From NCBI GenBank assembly GCA_964016885.1, contig OZ024743.1:316510001-316574000 (forward strand): 64,000 bases of DNA. Direction: 5' to 3'. Positions 39,382 to 52,494 of this stretch are shown in pieces. The notes beneath the pieces are model-generated. The model did no database searches. It saw only the letters and a list, made by a program, of their open reading frames with translations, and was not told the origin of the DNA. The stretch comes from Eledone cirrhosa (Eukaryota). The translations under genes were made by a program, and so were the position numbers. The stretch's first letter is position 1. Each line of letters opens with the position of its first letter.

Positions 39382-40530
39382 CTAGCAGTGTATCCCGGCG
39401 TTTCACGGGTAAGAGCATTGGTAATAGCACCTCCAATGAGAAACGTTTATTTGTGAAAATATACCGACAGGAAACTTGTTTTATTTGGAGAAAATTAAGA
39501 AGTTGAAAGTACAGTTTAGCTGTCTACGTGCATTGTTCATAGAAATATTGTTGAGCCCCTTCTTTTCATACTCCTCTGTTTTGGCCTATTGGAGTAAATG
39601 TGAAAGAGAAAGTCACAGGTTAAGCTGGCAGAAAGTTCCAGTGTCATAGCAGTAAGGTGTCGGCTACTTACCTCAAAAGTTCATTCGCACTCTTTCCACT
39701 AAGTTACTCTTTCTCTCTATCCCTCTTGATGCAGTCCCTTGCAAAATTCTCGAGTAGGCCTGGTGTAGATGTGCACCCGATCCATCTGCCCGATGCACAT
39801 GTCCACTTTGTACAAAGGAGTGGCCAGCAGTACGTTGTTCGGTATTATTACGAAAAGGTGTAGCAGAGAATCCCGCGTGCAGTAACAGCTCAGGAGGAAA
39901 CTGCTTACCTCGAAGATTGATTCACCTTCGTTCTTGTCAATGCTCCGTTTAGTTGGTATTTGTTGTCTACAGTTAGATGAATGGCGCACAAAGGGTTAAT
40001 GTTTATTGGCAAGAAGTGGCAACTGCGCTGGCTTGCCTCGCTTATATTATATATTAAAATAACAGATTAAAGTTTAACCAAAGAATTGCTGCTTTCACCC
40101 TTAACGGGATCTTCTGAAACTAAAAAAATCAATCTGTGAATGCAGAAGTAAATATTTCGAAAAACGTTGCAACCAAAGGAAAACAGGAAGACGATATTTT
40201 GGTTCGTGAAGACGTTCCCTGGCAATGAACGGAAAATAGCGAACATAATATGTCATCAATGTTTGTCATAATGTCGAAATGCAGACAGCCAGGCATACAG
40301 ACAGATATTATAAGGGCACGACGGAGATCGATAACCAGCGCCTAACACCCCTTTAACAACAGAAAATTGAAAAATAAAAGCTGCAGTTAATATCTTTAGA
40401 CCGCAAGGAATATATATATAAATGCAACTTTGAAGTCAATTGGAGTAGAAATGTGGATTTGTATAGCCTTTGCAAAAATGAGGACACACACACACACACA
40501 GACAACTACAGTTTTATATATATATATAGA
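39382..40530 (-). mobile_element. Non-autonomous Helitron inserted in a (TTG)n-rich tract
   Basis: Minus strand 5' TCTATATATATATATAAAAC; 3' hairpin CCCGTGAAACGCCGGG followed by CACTGCTAG|T. Confidence 0.8.
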
Positions 40531-40624
40531 TATGATGTTGTTGTGGTGTTGTTGTTATTGTTGTTATGTAGTTATTATTGCTGTGTTGTTGTCGTTGTGC
40601 TGTAGTTATTATTTTATCTAACAG

Positions 40625-40728
40625 CATCACCAGAAAGAAGTGGGAGAGATTGGATTAACAATTATAATTGCCGGTGTAGCTGGATCCATCATTGCTGGTC
40701 TATGGCTGGACAAAACCAAAACATTCAA
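40625..40728 (+). CDS. FLVCR: FLVCR exon (104 nt)
   Basis: CTAACAG|CAT; HHQKEVGEIGLTIIIAGVAGSIIAGLWLDKTKTFK; donor GTAAGT. Confidence 0.93.
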
Positions 40729-41103
40729 GTAAGTTCTTACCTTCCCCAATGTTATATCACAAAATAAACCAACCCCTACCTTTTCTCACTTGTTTTACCT
40801 CTCTCTCTCTTTTTTTTCCCTATTTCTCTCTTCCCCTCTCTCTGTCTCAACCTCTCTCTTTCCCCCTCTCTCTGTCTCAACCTCTCTATTTCCCCCTCTC
40901 TCTCTTTCTCCTCATCTCTCTTCCTCCTCTCTCTCTTCCTCTCTCTCTTCCACCCTCTCTCTCCTTTCTCTTTTTCTCTCCGCCTCTCTCTTACCACTCT
41001 TTCTCTCTATCTTTCCCTCACTCTCCTTATTTTCATTTACTATGTTCAGTCAGAAGACTGTGGCCACGCTGGGGCACTACAGTATAACAGATTTTTTTTA
41101 ATT

Positions 41104-41395
41104 ACATTAATGATGTATCTGCTAAGTTATGTTTATTACAGAGGTACAACATCATGTACCTGTTATGTTTATTACAGAGGTACAACATTAATTATGTACA
41201 TGTTATGTTTATTACAGAGGTACAACATCATGTACCTGTTATGTTTATTACTGTGGTACAACATTAATGATGTATCTGTTATGTTTATTACAGAGGTACA
41301 ACATTAAATATCTACCTGTTATGTTTATTTCAGAGGTACTACATTGATAATGTATCTGTTATGTTTATTTCAGAGGTACAACATTAATGATGTAT
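41104..41395 (+). repeat. 36/40-bp tandem repeat built from the intron-exon junction of the next FLVCR exon
   Basis: Unit TGTATCTGTTATGTTTATT(A/T)CAG|AGGTACAACATTAATGA, about 7 copies. Confidence 0.9.
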
Positions 41396-41484
41396 TTGCT
41401 ATCACTTGGTGGAATGATAGCATTCACTTTTACACTTGATCTCAACAAAATTTGGATTATTTTTGTCAGTGCTGGTGTTTTAGG
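41374..41484 (+). CDS. FLVCR: FLVCR exon (111 nt), last exon found in the window
   Basis: TTTCAG|A GGT; GTTLMMYLLSLGGMIAFTFTLDLNKIWIIFVSAGVLG; donor GTAAGT; phase 2 on both sides. Confidence 0.92.
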
Positions 41485-42867
41485 GTAAGTACATTATTAT
41501 TTCTGCCTTTGTTGAGTCACCATGTTGAAACTTGATGTATAGTGTCCTCAACTAATATAAACAATATACAGTATAAGCTCGAATATAAGTCCCCCTCACC
41601 CGTTTTATGCCTGAGAAATAGGCAAAATTCCAAACCCTGTTTATAAGCCAAGACAGGATATCATCACATTATGTTTAGATGCGTAGTTTTGAAATTCTTA
41701 TGAGTGAAGAATATATTTATGAAGGTTTAATATTTTGATATTTAAAATGTTTTCAGTGTCGTTTAGAGTTTAGTTTTTGTTTCACAACTTCATTATATAA
41801 TAATTTTTTAACCTATTTGTGACCATTTTGAAAACCATATTCATTCAAAACATCAAAAACAATAGGAAACACGAATTTTACCTGCAAAGTGAAACTGGTG
41901 CAACTCATTGTTGCCAACTGAGTGAATTGAAGCAATGTAAAATATAATGTCTTGTTTAAGGACACAAAACACTGCCTTGTCTGGGAATCATGACCTTATG
42001 ATCTTGAGCTGTATACCACCACATACCTTCAGACAGTATATCTATATACCCTTTATGATCTGAGTTCAAATTCCACTGAGGTTAACTTTGCCTTTCATCC
42101 TTATGGGGTCGATAAAATAAAGTACCAGTAATACCCTGGGATAATTGCTGGCCTTGTGCCAAAAGTAGAAACAATTATTACATTTTCAAGGATATCCATT
42201 CCCTTTCGGTGAACCATATCCTTGGCCAGGAGGCATTGATGTCATCAGGCAGTGTCAAATGTTCATTGGATGTTTTGACCCTCAACATGTATTTATTATA
42301 CCTTCCAGAGTCTTAATACCCTCACCCTTACCAACTAAATGCCCCAATCACCTCATCCAAGTCCAACTTGCATACACCCTCCCCACCATACACACTCCTA
42401 TGGTACCTTTTTGGTCACGCTCAACCCTTGCATACAAGCGTGGAAAGTAGGACATGCTCCAAATCTTCTCCCCTCCTCCCATAATCTGCTCCCACAACAA
42501 AAAGTACTTTGTCTACACCTCCCTCCCAGGTCTTAACGCTCCAGCTAAGTACCCTACCTTATACCTACTTCTCCAGTCCCCATCCTGCATACATGCACCA
42601 CACCCTCCCACTGTCTACATCTGATACACCTGACTTGGCCAATCCATGCATACACATACGGAAAGCTGGATGTACTCCTCCACAATACTGCTGAAACGAC
42701 TAAAACATCCCAGCCAAACCTGTAAGGCGGTCATACTGTTGACACAACAAAAGACCCTAGTCCACCACGTAAAGTGCTCATGTTAATGAAAGAGCATCTA
42801 GTCCATTCTGTAAAGTGGTCAGTATTTATATATATGAAAGAGCATCCAATCCACCCTGTAAAGTGGT

Positions 42868-43202
42868 TATCATCATCATCATCATATGTCCGCTTTTCCT
42901 TGCTTGCAAGGGTGGGACGGGAACTGATTCTGGCTTGGTTTCTACAACTGGATGCCCTTCCTAACACCAACCTCATTTACAGTGAGTGCTGGGTGCTTTT
43001 TTGCCGTGGCACCTCCACGACCACTTTGCAGTGGAATGTTAGGGACCCCAGTCCCTATCATCTCATTTCTACAGCTGAGTAAACTGGAGCAATGTGAACT
43101 AAAGTGTCTTGCTCAAGGAAACAACACATCACCTGGTCTGAGAATTGAACTCACAACCTTTCGATTGCAAGGCCAATGCTCTAACCACTAAGCCATGTGC
43201 CC
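42868..43202 (-). mobile_element. SINE family A
   Basis: Near-identical to 12935-13273. Confidence 0.9.
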
Positions 43203-45010
43203 CATCCATATATATATATCACATTAATCCCTCTTTTACCATTCTGCCACTCTTTCCTCCCATCATACTCATATTCATATTCTTTCCTTTTTTACACCAG
43301 CTGGGTCGTCAATTCCTTTCTATTCATAATTATTTCTCAGCATCTTCCTTTTATTATTGTTTTCAAGGCAATAATAACAGAGGAGTTTAAGACTGGCTGT
43401 CCATGGGAACTTCTTATATAGACCTATTGACCTAGATTTCATAGCTGAATCTATCAGAACTAGATAAGACATTACAAACTTGAAAGCAAAGCTTTGAAAC
43501 CAGAAAGGCCATAAATTGAATCTAACAAAGACAAAGGGAAGCAGGCTTGTTTAATATGATGGGAAAAGTAGTTGTAGGTAGGAATTCAATGTAATGTACC
43601 CAATGTAAACTATGGATGCACAAGAGGTGTAGAAGAATCACAGGCATATGTAAGTAGATGTGTACTAGTTAGTATTAAGGGAACATGTGGGGAAAATTCT
43701 TTTAATCTTTTCATGACTGTATTTCAAAGGAAATACAATCTATTTCAATAAACTAATGAAGAACATAGAGGCATTTACTACAGTTATTAATTATTTCATT
43801 ATTGAGATAGGATTTGTAACAATTAGTTCTTATATATTTTATATATATATTTTTTTTTTTTTTATTTATTTATTTTTTTTTTTACTTATCTCTATCTTGT
43901 TCTTTGTTTTTCAACTGTAAAAAGTACTGCATACTCCCTCTAATTTGTCATGGTTTACTAGCTTTATATAGACGTTTAAATTGATTAAATAAATAAATAA
44001 TTGTTTCTACTTTTGGCACAAGGCGAACAATTATCCAGTACATTACTGGTACTTTATTTTATCGACCCGGTAAGGATGAAAGGCAAAGTTAACATTGGCT
44101 GGATTTGAACTAGGTTCATAAAGGGACGTAACTCTATACTGGAAAGCATGGCATCCGACTCTCTACCGATACTGCCAATCTACCGTATAAGTAAATAAAT
44201 AATATTACTAAATACCACTGAATTCTTGATTATTTTCAAATTGATTGAAAAATCATAGAGAGTGTCTTACATTAGGAATATGGTAACAAACGATTTAGTC
44301 TTCATGTTTCTCTCCATTCATCTGCCAAGTGGCAGGAATAGTTGACTAGATAGCTGTGATGACTGGAAATATACTCTTCATTCAGCTGAGGATGATAAAG
44401 GAGAGCTCAGTAGAACACCATGTGACATGTGGTAGAAATAGTTACCTAGATAGCTGTGATGACTGGAAGTATCTTCTTGTAGCATGTGGTAGGAATAGTT
44501 GTTTAAATTGATTAAATAAATAAATGAAATTATGTTGAAAGATTTTAGTTTAAATAGGAATCTTTTAAAATGGGTGGTTTTGTTTCATTTAATCAGAGTC
44601 GGCTTTGTTTCATAGAATCTGAATCAATTTTTGGTAGGTATCAAAAATGTTAATATGCAGGAAGTAGATGTCAGTAAGAATTGTATATGGTGTATGCCCA
44701 ATATAAACTATGGATGTCCAAGAAATGTAGAGGAATCACTGATTAACAGAAAAGGAGAAGTTTATATGTAACAGATATGCAGGAGTAGTTGATTGTAAGG
44801 CAATACATGAAATAAATTCTTTTAGATGTTTTTGGAGTGAAGTAGGGAAGCTCCCTAAAAGTAGTTGATAGCTTCCATTACTTAGGTGACCTAATTAGTA
44901 GAGGTAGATGGATGCTCCAACTTCATGGTAACATAATCTCAGGAAGTTAGCTCTGTTGCTAATAGAAAATATGGTGAGCTGATAACGACATTTCAAGCCA
45001 ATTTCTTATA

Positions 45011-45049
45011 GTTTTCTGATGAAGGGTTTTAGATCCAAAATATTAAGAC
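45011..45049 (+). ncRNA. Decayed minimal HHR related to the 56164 motif
   Basis: GTTTT CTGATGAAGGGTTTTAGATCC AAAATATT AAGAC versus CTGATGAAGGATTAGCGTCC GAAACGTT AAGAC; the core changes fall at CpG sites. Confidence 0.5.
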
Positions 45050-48000
45050 AGGTAAAGAAAATATTCAGTTCCAATGATGAGTGTTCCAGTTGTTTCAATC
45101 AATGGAACAGCATGCTTATGATATTAATGTGCAAGTGGCTGAGCATTTCACAGTGTAGCCTTAGCATAGTTCTTGGGAAGGTTCAGTATGATACTGTGTG
45201 TGACAAAGCTGGTCCTTTGAATTACAAGTACTACTCAGAGTCAAAGTCATAATCCTATTATAGTCAGCTGAAGACCCTAACTACTAAGACACACACCTTC
45301 ACACAAAGGCACATATATAAGGGTCAACTGAAAAATTCCAAGATACTGTCATGGAACGACCAAATGATGTTTATTTTTCAACATAGTCACTGGAAAGAAA
45401 CAATGCAGTTATTAATAAGAAGAGTTGAAATTAATGCATGCTAGATTTCACAGCTCTAGCATCACTTCTTCATAGTCAGCTTATGAACTTTTCAGCCGAA
45501 CCTCATACCCATACACACAAACACTTATGAATGTTGAGTCAACACGTGTGGAAGGCTGCTGTATTCTATGCCCATGTATTTTATTTCAAGGTTTGTAATA
45601 TGATATGTCTGTATGGTTTCAAGATTTAATGTTAGTTATTGAAGGATTAATTTCATGAAAGTTATTGTCCAGCATGTAATGAAGAATATCAGAATGTCTT
45701 TTATGTTTTATTAGCCTTACACATCTGTTACTCCAGCAGATGTTTTATCTGGCAACTCCCATTTGTTATGGCAGTACCAGATACTAGGCATACACACTAA
45801 ACCATATACACAAATGTAGACACCATATAGCTGATTGGTTAAGAAGTTCTCATTGCAATCATAAGGTCCTGATTTTGGTTTTAGAGTAACAGCTGGAAGG
45901 ACAGTGGGCTACGTCAACACTTTTTTTTATTGATTTTAAAACTAGGCTGAAAACCCATGCATGTGTAGAAAATTGGATATAAAATGATGGTGATGATGAT
46001 GAAAGATAAAGTTGACTTTGGTGGGATTTGAACTTAGGGTACACTAAGCCAGAACAAATACTGTAAATCATTTTGTTCTACACTCTGTGGGGCAGATGTG
46101 GGCTCTGTAAGCCTTAGTGAAGGTAACCTGTCTAGGAGAGTAGACAGTCCTATTAAGAACTGGTACAGGGTGGAGAGGAGTCTAGAGTCCAGTATGACTA
46201 CCTCTCTTGTGTTGGTGGCATGAATAATGCACCCTGTCCACACTAAAGTGGTTGGTGATAGCAATGGCATCCAACCAGAAAAATCCTGCCAAAAATATGG
46301 AAAGCACAACAAAAGCCCTGACTCTGCTTTGTTGTCTAAATATTCAGTATTGGAATGACTGGTCACATGACTAACTTTGAACTGAAAGCTAAAATTAACT
46401 TGGATGGATGACTCCAAGGAATTAGTGCTTAAGTTGTTGTTGTATAGCAACAGGCTGAGTGGTTAAGAAGTTCACTTCACAATCACGAGTTACTGGGTTT
46501 GATTCCACTGCCTGACATCTTGGGTAAGTGACTTTACCATAGTCGTGAATTTCTTCAAGTTCTGTTTGGAAGCCCATCTGATGGACTGTACCTGTAATTT
46601 TAAGGGCCAGCCATGTCATCATCATCATCATCATCATTTAACATCCATTTTCCACACTTGCATAGGTTAGACAGGGTGTTACATTATGATCAAAGTCAAG
46701 AAACCACATCTTGCTCATATAGATTTGTATTTGGCCTGGTTTCTACAGCTAGATGTCCTTTCTAGCACCAACCACATTACAGTGTGGACTGGGTGCTTTT
46801 TATCATGACACCGAAGTGACCACATTACAGGGTGAATTTTGGTGCTTTTTATCATGTCATAAACACGACCACCATACAGTATGGACTGGGCACTTTTTGT
46901 CATGTTACCAGCACAACCACCTTACAGGGTGAACTGGGTGCTTTTTGTCATGTCACCAGCATGACCACCTTACAGTTTGGACTGGGTGCTTTTTCCCATG
47001 TTGCTTCCCCCATTTGTACATTAATTTCACAAGCAAGCTCTTCTATTTATGAAATAACTGGAACACTCATCATCGAAACTGATAGTGGTCTGTTCCATTC
47101 CATATGTTAGTATGTTAAAAAAAAGTGAATGTCATCCTCTAAGTTTTGCCAGTCCATTTGTTAAACCAATAACAGAGCCTCTGAGTCACCACCCAATCTG
47201 CTTGATATAGCTGGTAAACTTTCCTCATAGCCCACTTGATAAGCCAGCAATAGGGCCCCTTAGACATGACCTGATTTGCTCGATATAGCTGGTAAACTTT
47301 CCCCAAATCACTCAATCTCTTATTCAATGTGTCTTTTATTTTAGACAGTAAGGTGGAATTTGACTGCTATTTCTATCAGACCAAAAGCCTACATAGAGGC
47401 TTCTTTGTTGAAGCAGTTATTATTACATAGTTGTTGATTAGCCCCTGGTCAACTCTGGTTCAATTTGGGATACATATGAGACTACATTGTCTAATGTGTC
47501 CTTTGCTTTTTTTTTAAAGATAGTATGGTGTAATTTGAGGAAGATCTAGCTGCTATATCTAACATGTTAAACATCTATGTAGAGGACCCTATCACAACCA
47601 ACAACAATAGGGCAACATTTAAAAAGATTACTAGTGAGGTCCCTCTGGGATTAGGGACCCTGAAGCTTAAGCTTCATTAGTTTCATAGTTGATTCACCTC
47701 GTTACCTTGTCATTGAAATAGTTGTGTTCACAGCTGAATACCTTTTGTACCAATAAACTATTCAACAATGAAATAAGAGTGAAATTATAAGATAAAATCC
47801 TTTTGAGAGTTATCTTTACTTTGTGTTTATTTCATATCGCAATTTGTGGACACAATTTGTCCCTCTGTTGAGTGTATGTAATATTTTTCTGTCCACTGGG
47901 ACCATGAGACAAAGTCCACCTGAGGTTTTGCACTTGAGAGAGACAGAATAAGTGAACAAAATAAGTGTGACAACCTTTCATTGGTTTTTAGAAGAGGATC

Positions 48001-48079
48001 CAATTGTTCCATTGATTTTTAGGTGAAAATATATAGATTCAAAAATACTTGAAGGAGTTACTATGCTGCTAAAGCTTAA

Positions 48080-48364
48080 CCCTTTAGTATTTACATTACT
48101 CTATATATACTATTGTATTTTTGTGGTAAATGATTTATCTTACATAATTATCTCACATAATATCGAATCTAGGAGATTTTTATCATCATCATCATCATCA
48201 TCTTCGTTTAACGTCCATTTTCCACACTAGCATGGGTTATTTTTATGTTATCTTTTTTTGAGAAAAATACCTTAACGTCAGTATGAGTGGCCAGTTACAG
48301 CCAGTTTGAACAGAAAGAGGTGAGAGAATTTTGGCCGGATACGGCCGGTTTAAATGCTAATGGG
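48080..48364. mobile_element. piggyBac-like MITE with an inserted RTE tail (48182-48238)
   Basis: TTAA|CCCTTTAG ... GCTAATGGG|TTAA. Confidence 0.8.
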
Positions 48365-48584
48365 TTAAGTAAATTTATTTCACATACCACCACTATAAAT
48401 GAAACTTACGGGTCTGTCCATCTTGGGGTACCGGTGAACAGGATGGAGAAGACATTGCCCTGGAGGATGGCAAGGACGACATGATGGAACAGCCACTTCA
48501 TGGGGCCTGCACTTGTGGGTAGCTAGCTCCACACGATAGAATCAAGAGTAGTTTCAGATGGTTTGCTATCAAAATAATTTAGAT

Positions 48585-48991
48585 ATCTTTCTTTATTTGC
48601 TACAAGGACGTACAAAATTGTAACATTACAAGACGTGACGGCGGGGGTTTTACATAAAAATAACTTTAACATTAATAAATAACAAACTATCTATATATAT
48701 ATAAAACTGAGGATGTCTGTCTGTGTGTGTGTGAGTTTGAATCCCTAAAACTCGAGAACCACCAAACCGACTGTTTTCAAACTTTACACATGTAATACTT
48801 ATGTTTCATGGAGTGTTTTGAGCAAAATCAATTTTAAATTTTCAATGCCCTAGGGACACATTAGGCGATTTAGCGATCTCTCTCTATAATTCTTAGTCTT
48901 TCTCTTTTTAGATAGATACATACATATAAGGTTGCGCCCTTATAATATGTCTGTATGTCTGACTGTCTGCATTACGTCACTTCTCTGAGGA

Positions 48992-49022
<31 letters not shown>

Positions 49023-50450
49023 CTGTGAGTTTGAATCCCTAAAACTCGAGAAATACCCAAACGACTTTTTTCAAACTTTACATGTGTATTACTTATGTTT
49101 CAGGGAGTGTTATGGGGCCCGCATTAGGTGAAAAACTGCATTTTTTAAGCTTTTTAGGTTTTTTTTGAGGCGTTACGTCAGACCGATTTCCTTGAAATTG
49201 TAACTATGTATTAATCAGTCTCTTCTTCATACCGAGAGCAAAGAGAATCCAACTTTTTTATGGCCTAGGGCCCGCATTAGGTGAAAAACTTCATTTTTTC
49301 AGCTTTTTAGGGCTTTTTGGAGGCGTTACGTCTAGCCGATTTTCCAGAAATTTCAAGGTATATTATGCACATAAAAAAAATTCATTTTCTTGATCCCCTA
49401 GGGCCCGCATTAGGTGAAAACCTGCCTTTACCCGCTTCATCGAGGAAAATCTTAAAGATTATCCAGCCATCAGAGTATTCGGTTTATTTTCTTTACATAT
49501 TGTCCAGGCATGCAGTTTTTCCATGATTAGGTCTGTTGGCGGCCCGCCTTCCAAAATACCTTATCCCGTTCAACGCCGGGTACCACTGCTAGTATATAAT
49601 AAAATAACAATTGAAATTCCCAATAGGGGGGAACGTTACTGCAGGGTTGTTTTACACCCCGTGGATAGAACAACCCTCAACACCAGGAACACGTTTTGTA
49701 GGTGTTCCCGTCTTCCCTCTGTTTATCTTCCTCAACCTACCGGTTTATATACAGAGAAGGCCCATTCACTCGGGCCATTTTCGCCACATTCACCCACTTT
49801 TCAGCGAATTTACTGGGGTGTAGTACCTCTCTCTCCACTCTCACCTTCCTTCTGAAGTGATACTTAAAGAAGGGGATAAGTTGTCCGGAGAGAAAGATGT
49901 TTGCCCTCAGTCCTTTTAACCTCGTCCACCATATTACCTCTTTCGCCATAGCCACCAGACAGAAGAAAACCGCCTCTCCTTCGTTCTTAAATGAAGGCGG
50001 CAGGATGATGCTCACGATGGACTCGGCTGACAACTGGATGCGTCCCACACGTGACAGTAGTTGTTCGACATAATTCCACAGGTCGGTCACCCCTGGGCAC
50101 TGAACAATTGCATGCAGAACGGTTTTGATGTCCTGCTTGCATCTTGGACTGGTCATTTTGGCAGGATCTCTGCCAGGGCGTCTGTGCATGTAGATTTTGT
50201 CTTGAACTGGTAGAGCTTCTCGGTATCACTGCCAGAGACCTCTGGAAGTTATCCATAGACCCTGGATGGAAAGTCCACCCGAACAGACTGGTCAGTTCGT
50301 CCTCCTCGATGCCTAGAGTTTCCCCGAGAATGTCGTCGCACTTATCCTCCACTAATCCCTATAGAATGTCGAAGTGGAGTCTCCGCTGATTGCCGTTTCC
50401 GCTTGGTTGAGGGCTGTGAGCGCCTGTAGGAACTTCAGGTGCCAGGCAGG
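48585..50450 (-). mobile_element. 3' end of a Tx1/L1-like LINE, interrupted by a Helitron
   Basis: ORF2 C-terminal remnant PRCKQDIKTVLHAIVQCP...LW (degenerate zinc-binding motif); 3'UTR with AATAAA near 48593-48598. Confidence 0.7.
48690..49592 (+). mobile_element. Non-autonomous Helitron
   Basis: A|TCTATATATATATAAAAC start; 3' hairpin CCCGTTCAACGCCGGG followed by CACTGCTAG|T; internal duplication of the 5' block and three GGGCCCGCATTAGGTGAAAA repeats. Confidence 0.85.
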
Positions 50451-52164
50451 TTTGGTGTCAAAATGGTTTGCTAGTTAGTTTCATAGGCAGGTTTGATGTC
50501 AAATGGTTTGGATAGTCAGTATGTTAGGCAGATTTGGGATCAAAATGGTTTATGTAGTTAGTTTGTTAGGCAGGTTTATTATCAACATGGTTTGGATAAT
50601 CAGTTTGTGAGTTTGGCAGACTGACAGTTAGACAGACACAGAGACAAGGCAAGCTGACATAGAATGAAGCAAACAGTTAGATTGATTGAAACATTTTCTC
50701 TAAGATCATTTAAAAACATTTATGGACATTGAGAAAATGTAGCTTCTGTGAGACATTTTAAGGAAAATATCTTTGTGTATGTATAGTCTAGAGTTTATCT
50801 TTAATGGAAAACTAATAAAATCGATTTTGACTGATCAGTAACATGTGGGCGAACACAATTGATTAGCACTTCAGTTGACCTTCCTTCTCTTCCTCCTTAT
50901 CATCATCATCAACATCATTATTGTGGATTGGCAGTATCGGTAGAGGGTCTGACACCATGCTTTGACGCACAGAGTTACGGCCCTTGCCATTCTGAGTTCA
51001 AATTCCGCCGAGGTTAAGTTTGCCTTTCATCTTTACGGGGTTGATAAAATAAAGTACCAGTAATACACTGGGATAATTGCTGGCCTTGTGCCAAAAGTAG
51101 AAACAATTATTATTATTACTATTATTATTGAAGAGGCAGTATCGATAGCGTGACGGACCACATGCTTGGCAGCAGAGTTATCCACCGAGGTTGCCTTTCA
51201 ATAAAATAAAGTACCAGTAACATACAGGAGTTGATTTAATCGACTCCACTCCCCCAGAAATCAGAAACCATTATTATTATGATTATCATCTTAGTATAGT
51301 GGTTCTGTGTGGTTGTTCAGTATACCACAGGTTTGTGGTTCAATTCTTAGTGATGATGCCATTACATTTATTTTAAGGCAGTGGATTGGCAACATCATTA
51401 GAGCATCAGACAAAATGGTTCCTGGTATTTGTTCTGATTCTTTACAGTCTGAGTTCAAATCCTACCAAGGTTAGCTTTGCCTTTCAATCCTTATGGTGTC
51501 GTTGAAATAAAGTACCAGTAATGCACTGGAGTCAATTTAATTGACTCTTCCCTCCCCCAAAATTGCTGGCCTTGTGCCTAAAGTATAAACAATTATCATT
51601 TTTATTATTATTTCATCATAAAGATTATAAAACAGTAGTTGGTTTCTGTGGTGCACTGAGCTAAGTGAACATCTGTTCATCCATTTAGAGTGTTTGAAGA
51701 AAAACTTGAATTCTATTCAGACCTATCTTAATATATTAACTATGTAACAGCTTTGAAGATAGGAAACAGAAAATATTGGAAAGGCAAAAAATAAATAGAA
51801 GGTATTTCACACACACACACACACAAACACAAACACACACTAGCGTGGAAGATAGCCGTTAAACGATAATGATATATGTGTGTGTGTGTATTTGTATTTT
51901 TACTATGTATATATATATATATATATGTGGATTTGTGTGTATGTATATGTGTGAATGTATTTGTATGTACAAATAGAGAAAAAATTGAAAGGAAAAACAG
52001 AAGCAAATTGATATATGTTCATATTTCTAATGTCCGTGTATATATACATGTGTGTATATGTGCGTACTAAAATTATACCAATTCTATCAAACCCATTATG
52101 TATGTATATATGTTAATGTATAGTTGCATATATGTTTTATATATGTATATATATATATATATAT

Positions 52165-52480
52165 GGAGGCACATGGATTAGTGGTTAGAGCATTGGCCTT
52201 GCAATCGAAAGATTGTGAGTTCAATTCTCAGACCGGGTGATGTGTTGTTTCCTTGAGCAAGACACTTTATTTCACAGTTTACTCCCTATCAGTTTACTCC
52301 CTATCATTCCACTGCAAAGTGGTCGTGGAGGTGCCACGGCATAAAAGCACCCAGCACTCACTGTAAATGAGGTTGGTGTTAGGAAGGGGATCCAGCTGTA
52401 GAAATCAAGCCAGAATCAGTTCCCGTCCCACCCTTGCTAGCAGGGAAAAGCGGACGTAAAATGAAATGATGATGATGATG
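52165..52480 (+). mobile_element. SINE family A
   Basis: tRNA head and RTE-type tail ending in (GAT)n. Confidence 0.9.
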
Positions 52481-52494
52481 AGATATATATATAT

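Noticed and set aside
41104-41395. CRISPR-like periodic array
   Set aside because: There are no unique spacers and no cas genes, and the context is eukaryotic; it is a tandem duplication of a splice junction.
48405-48535. Repeat shared with 3100-3220 (inverted), suspected HDV-like ribozyme from an RTE 5'UTR
   Set aside because: I could not fold a nested double pseudoknot by eye; left as an unclassified repeat.
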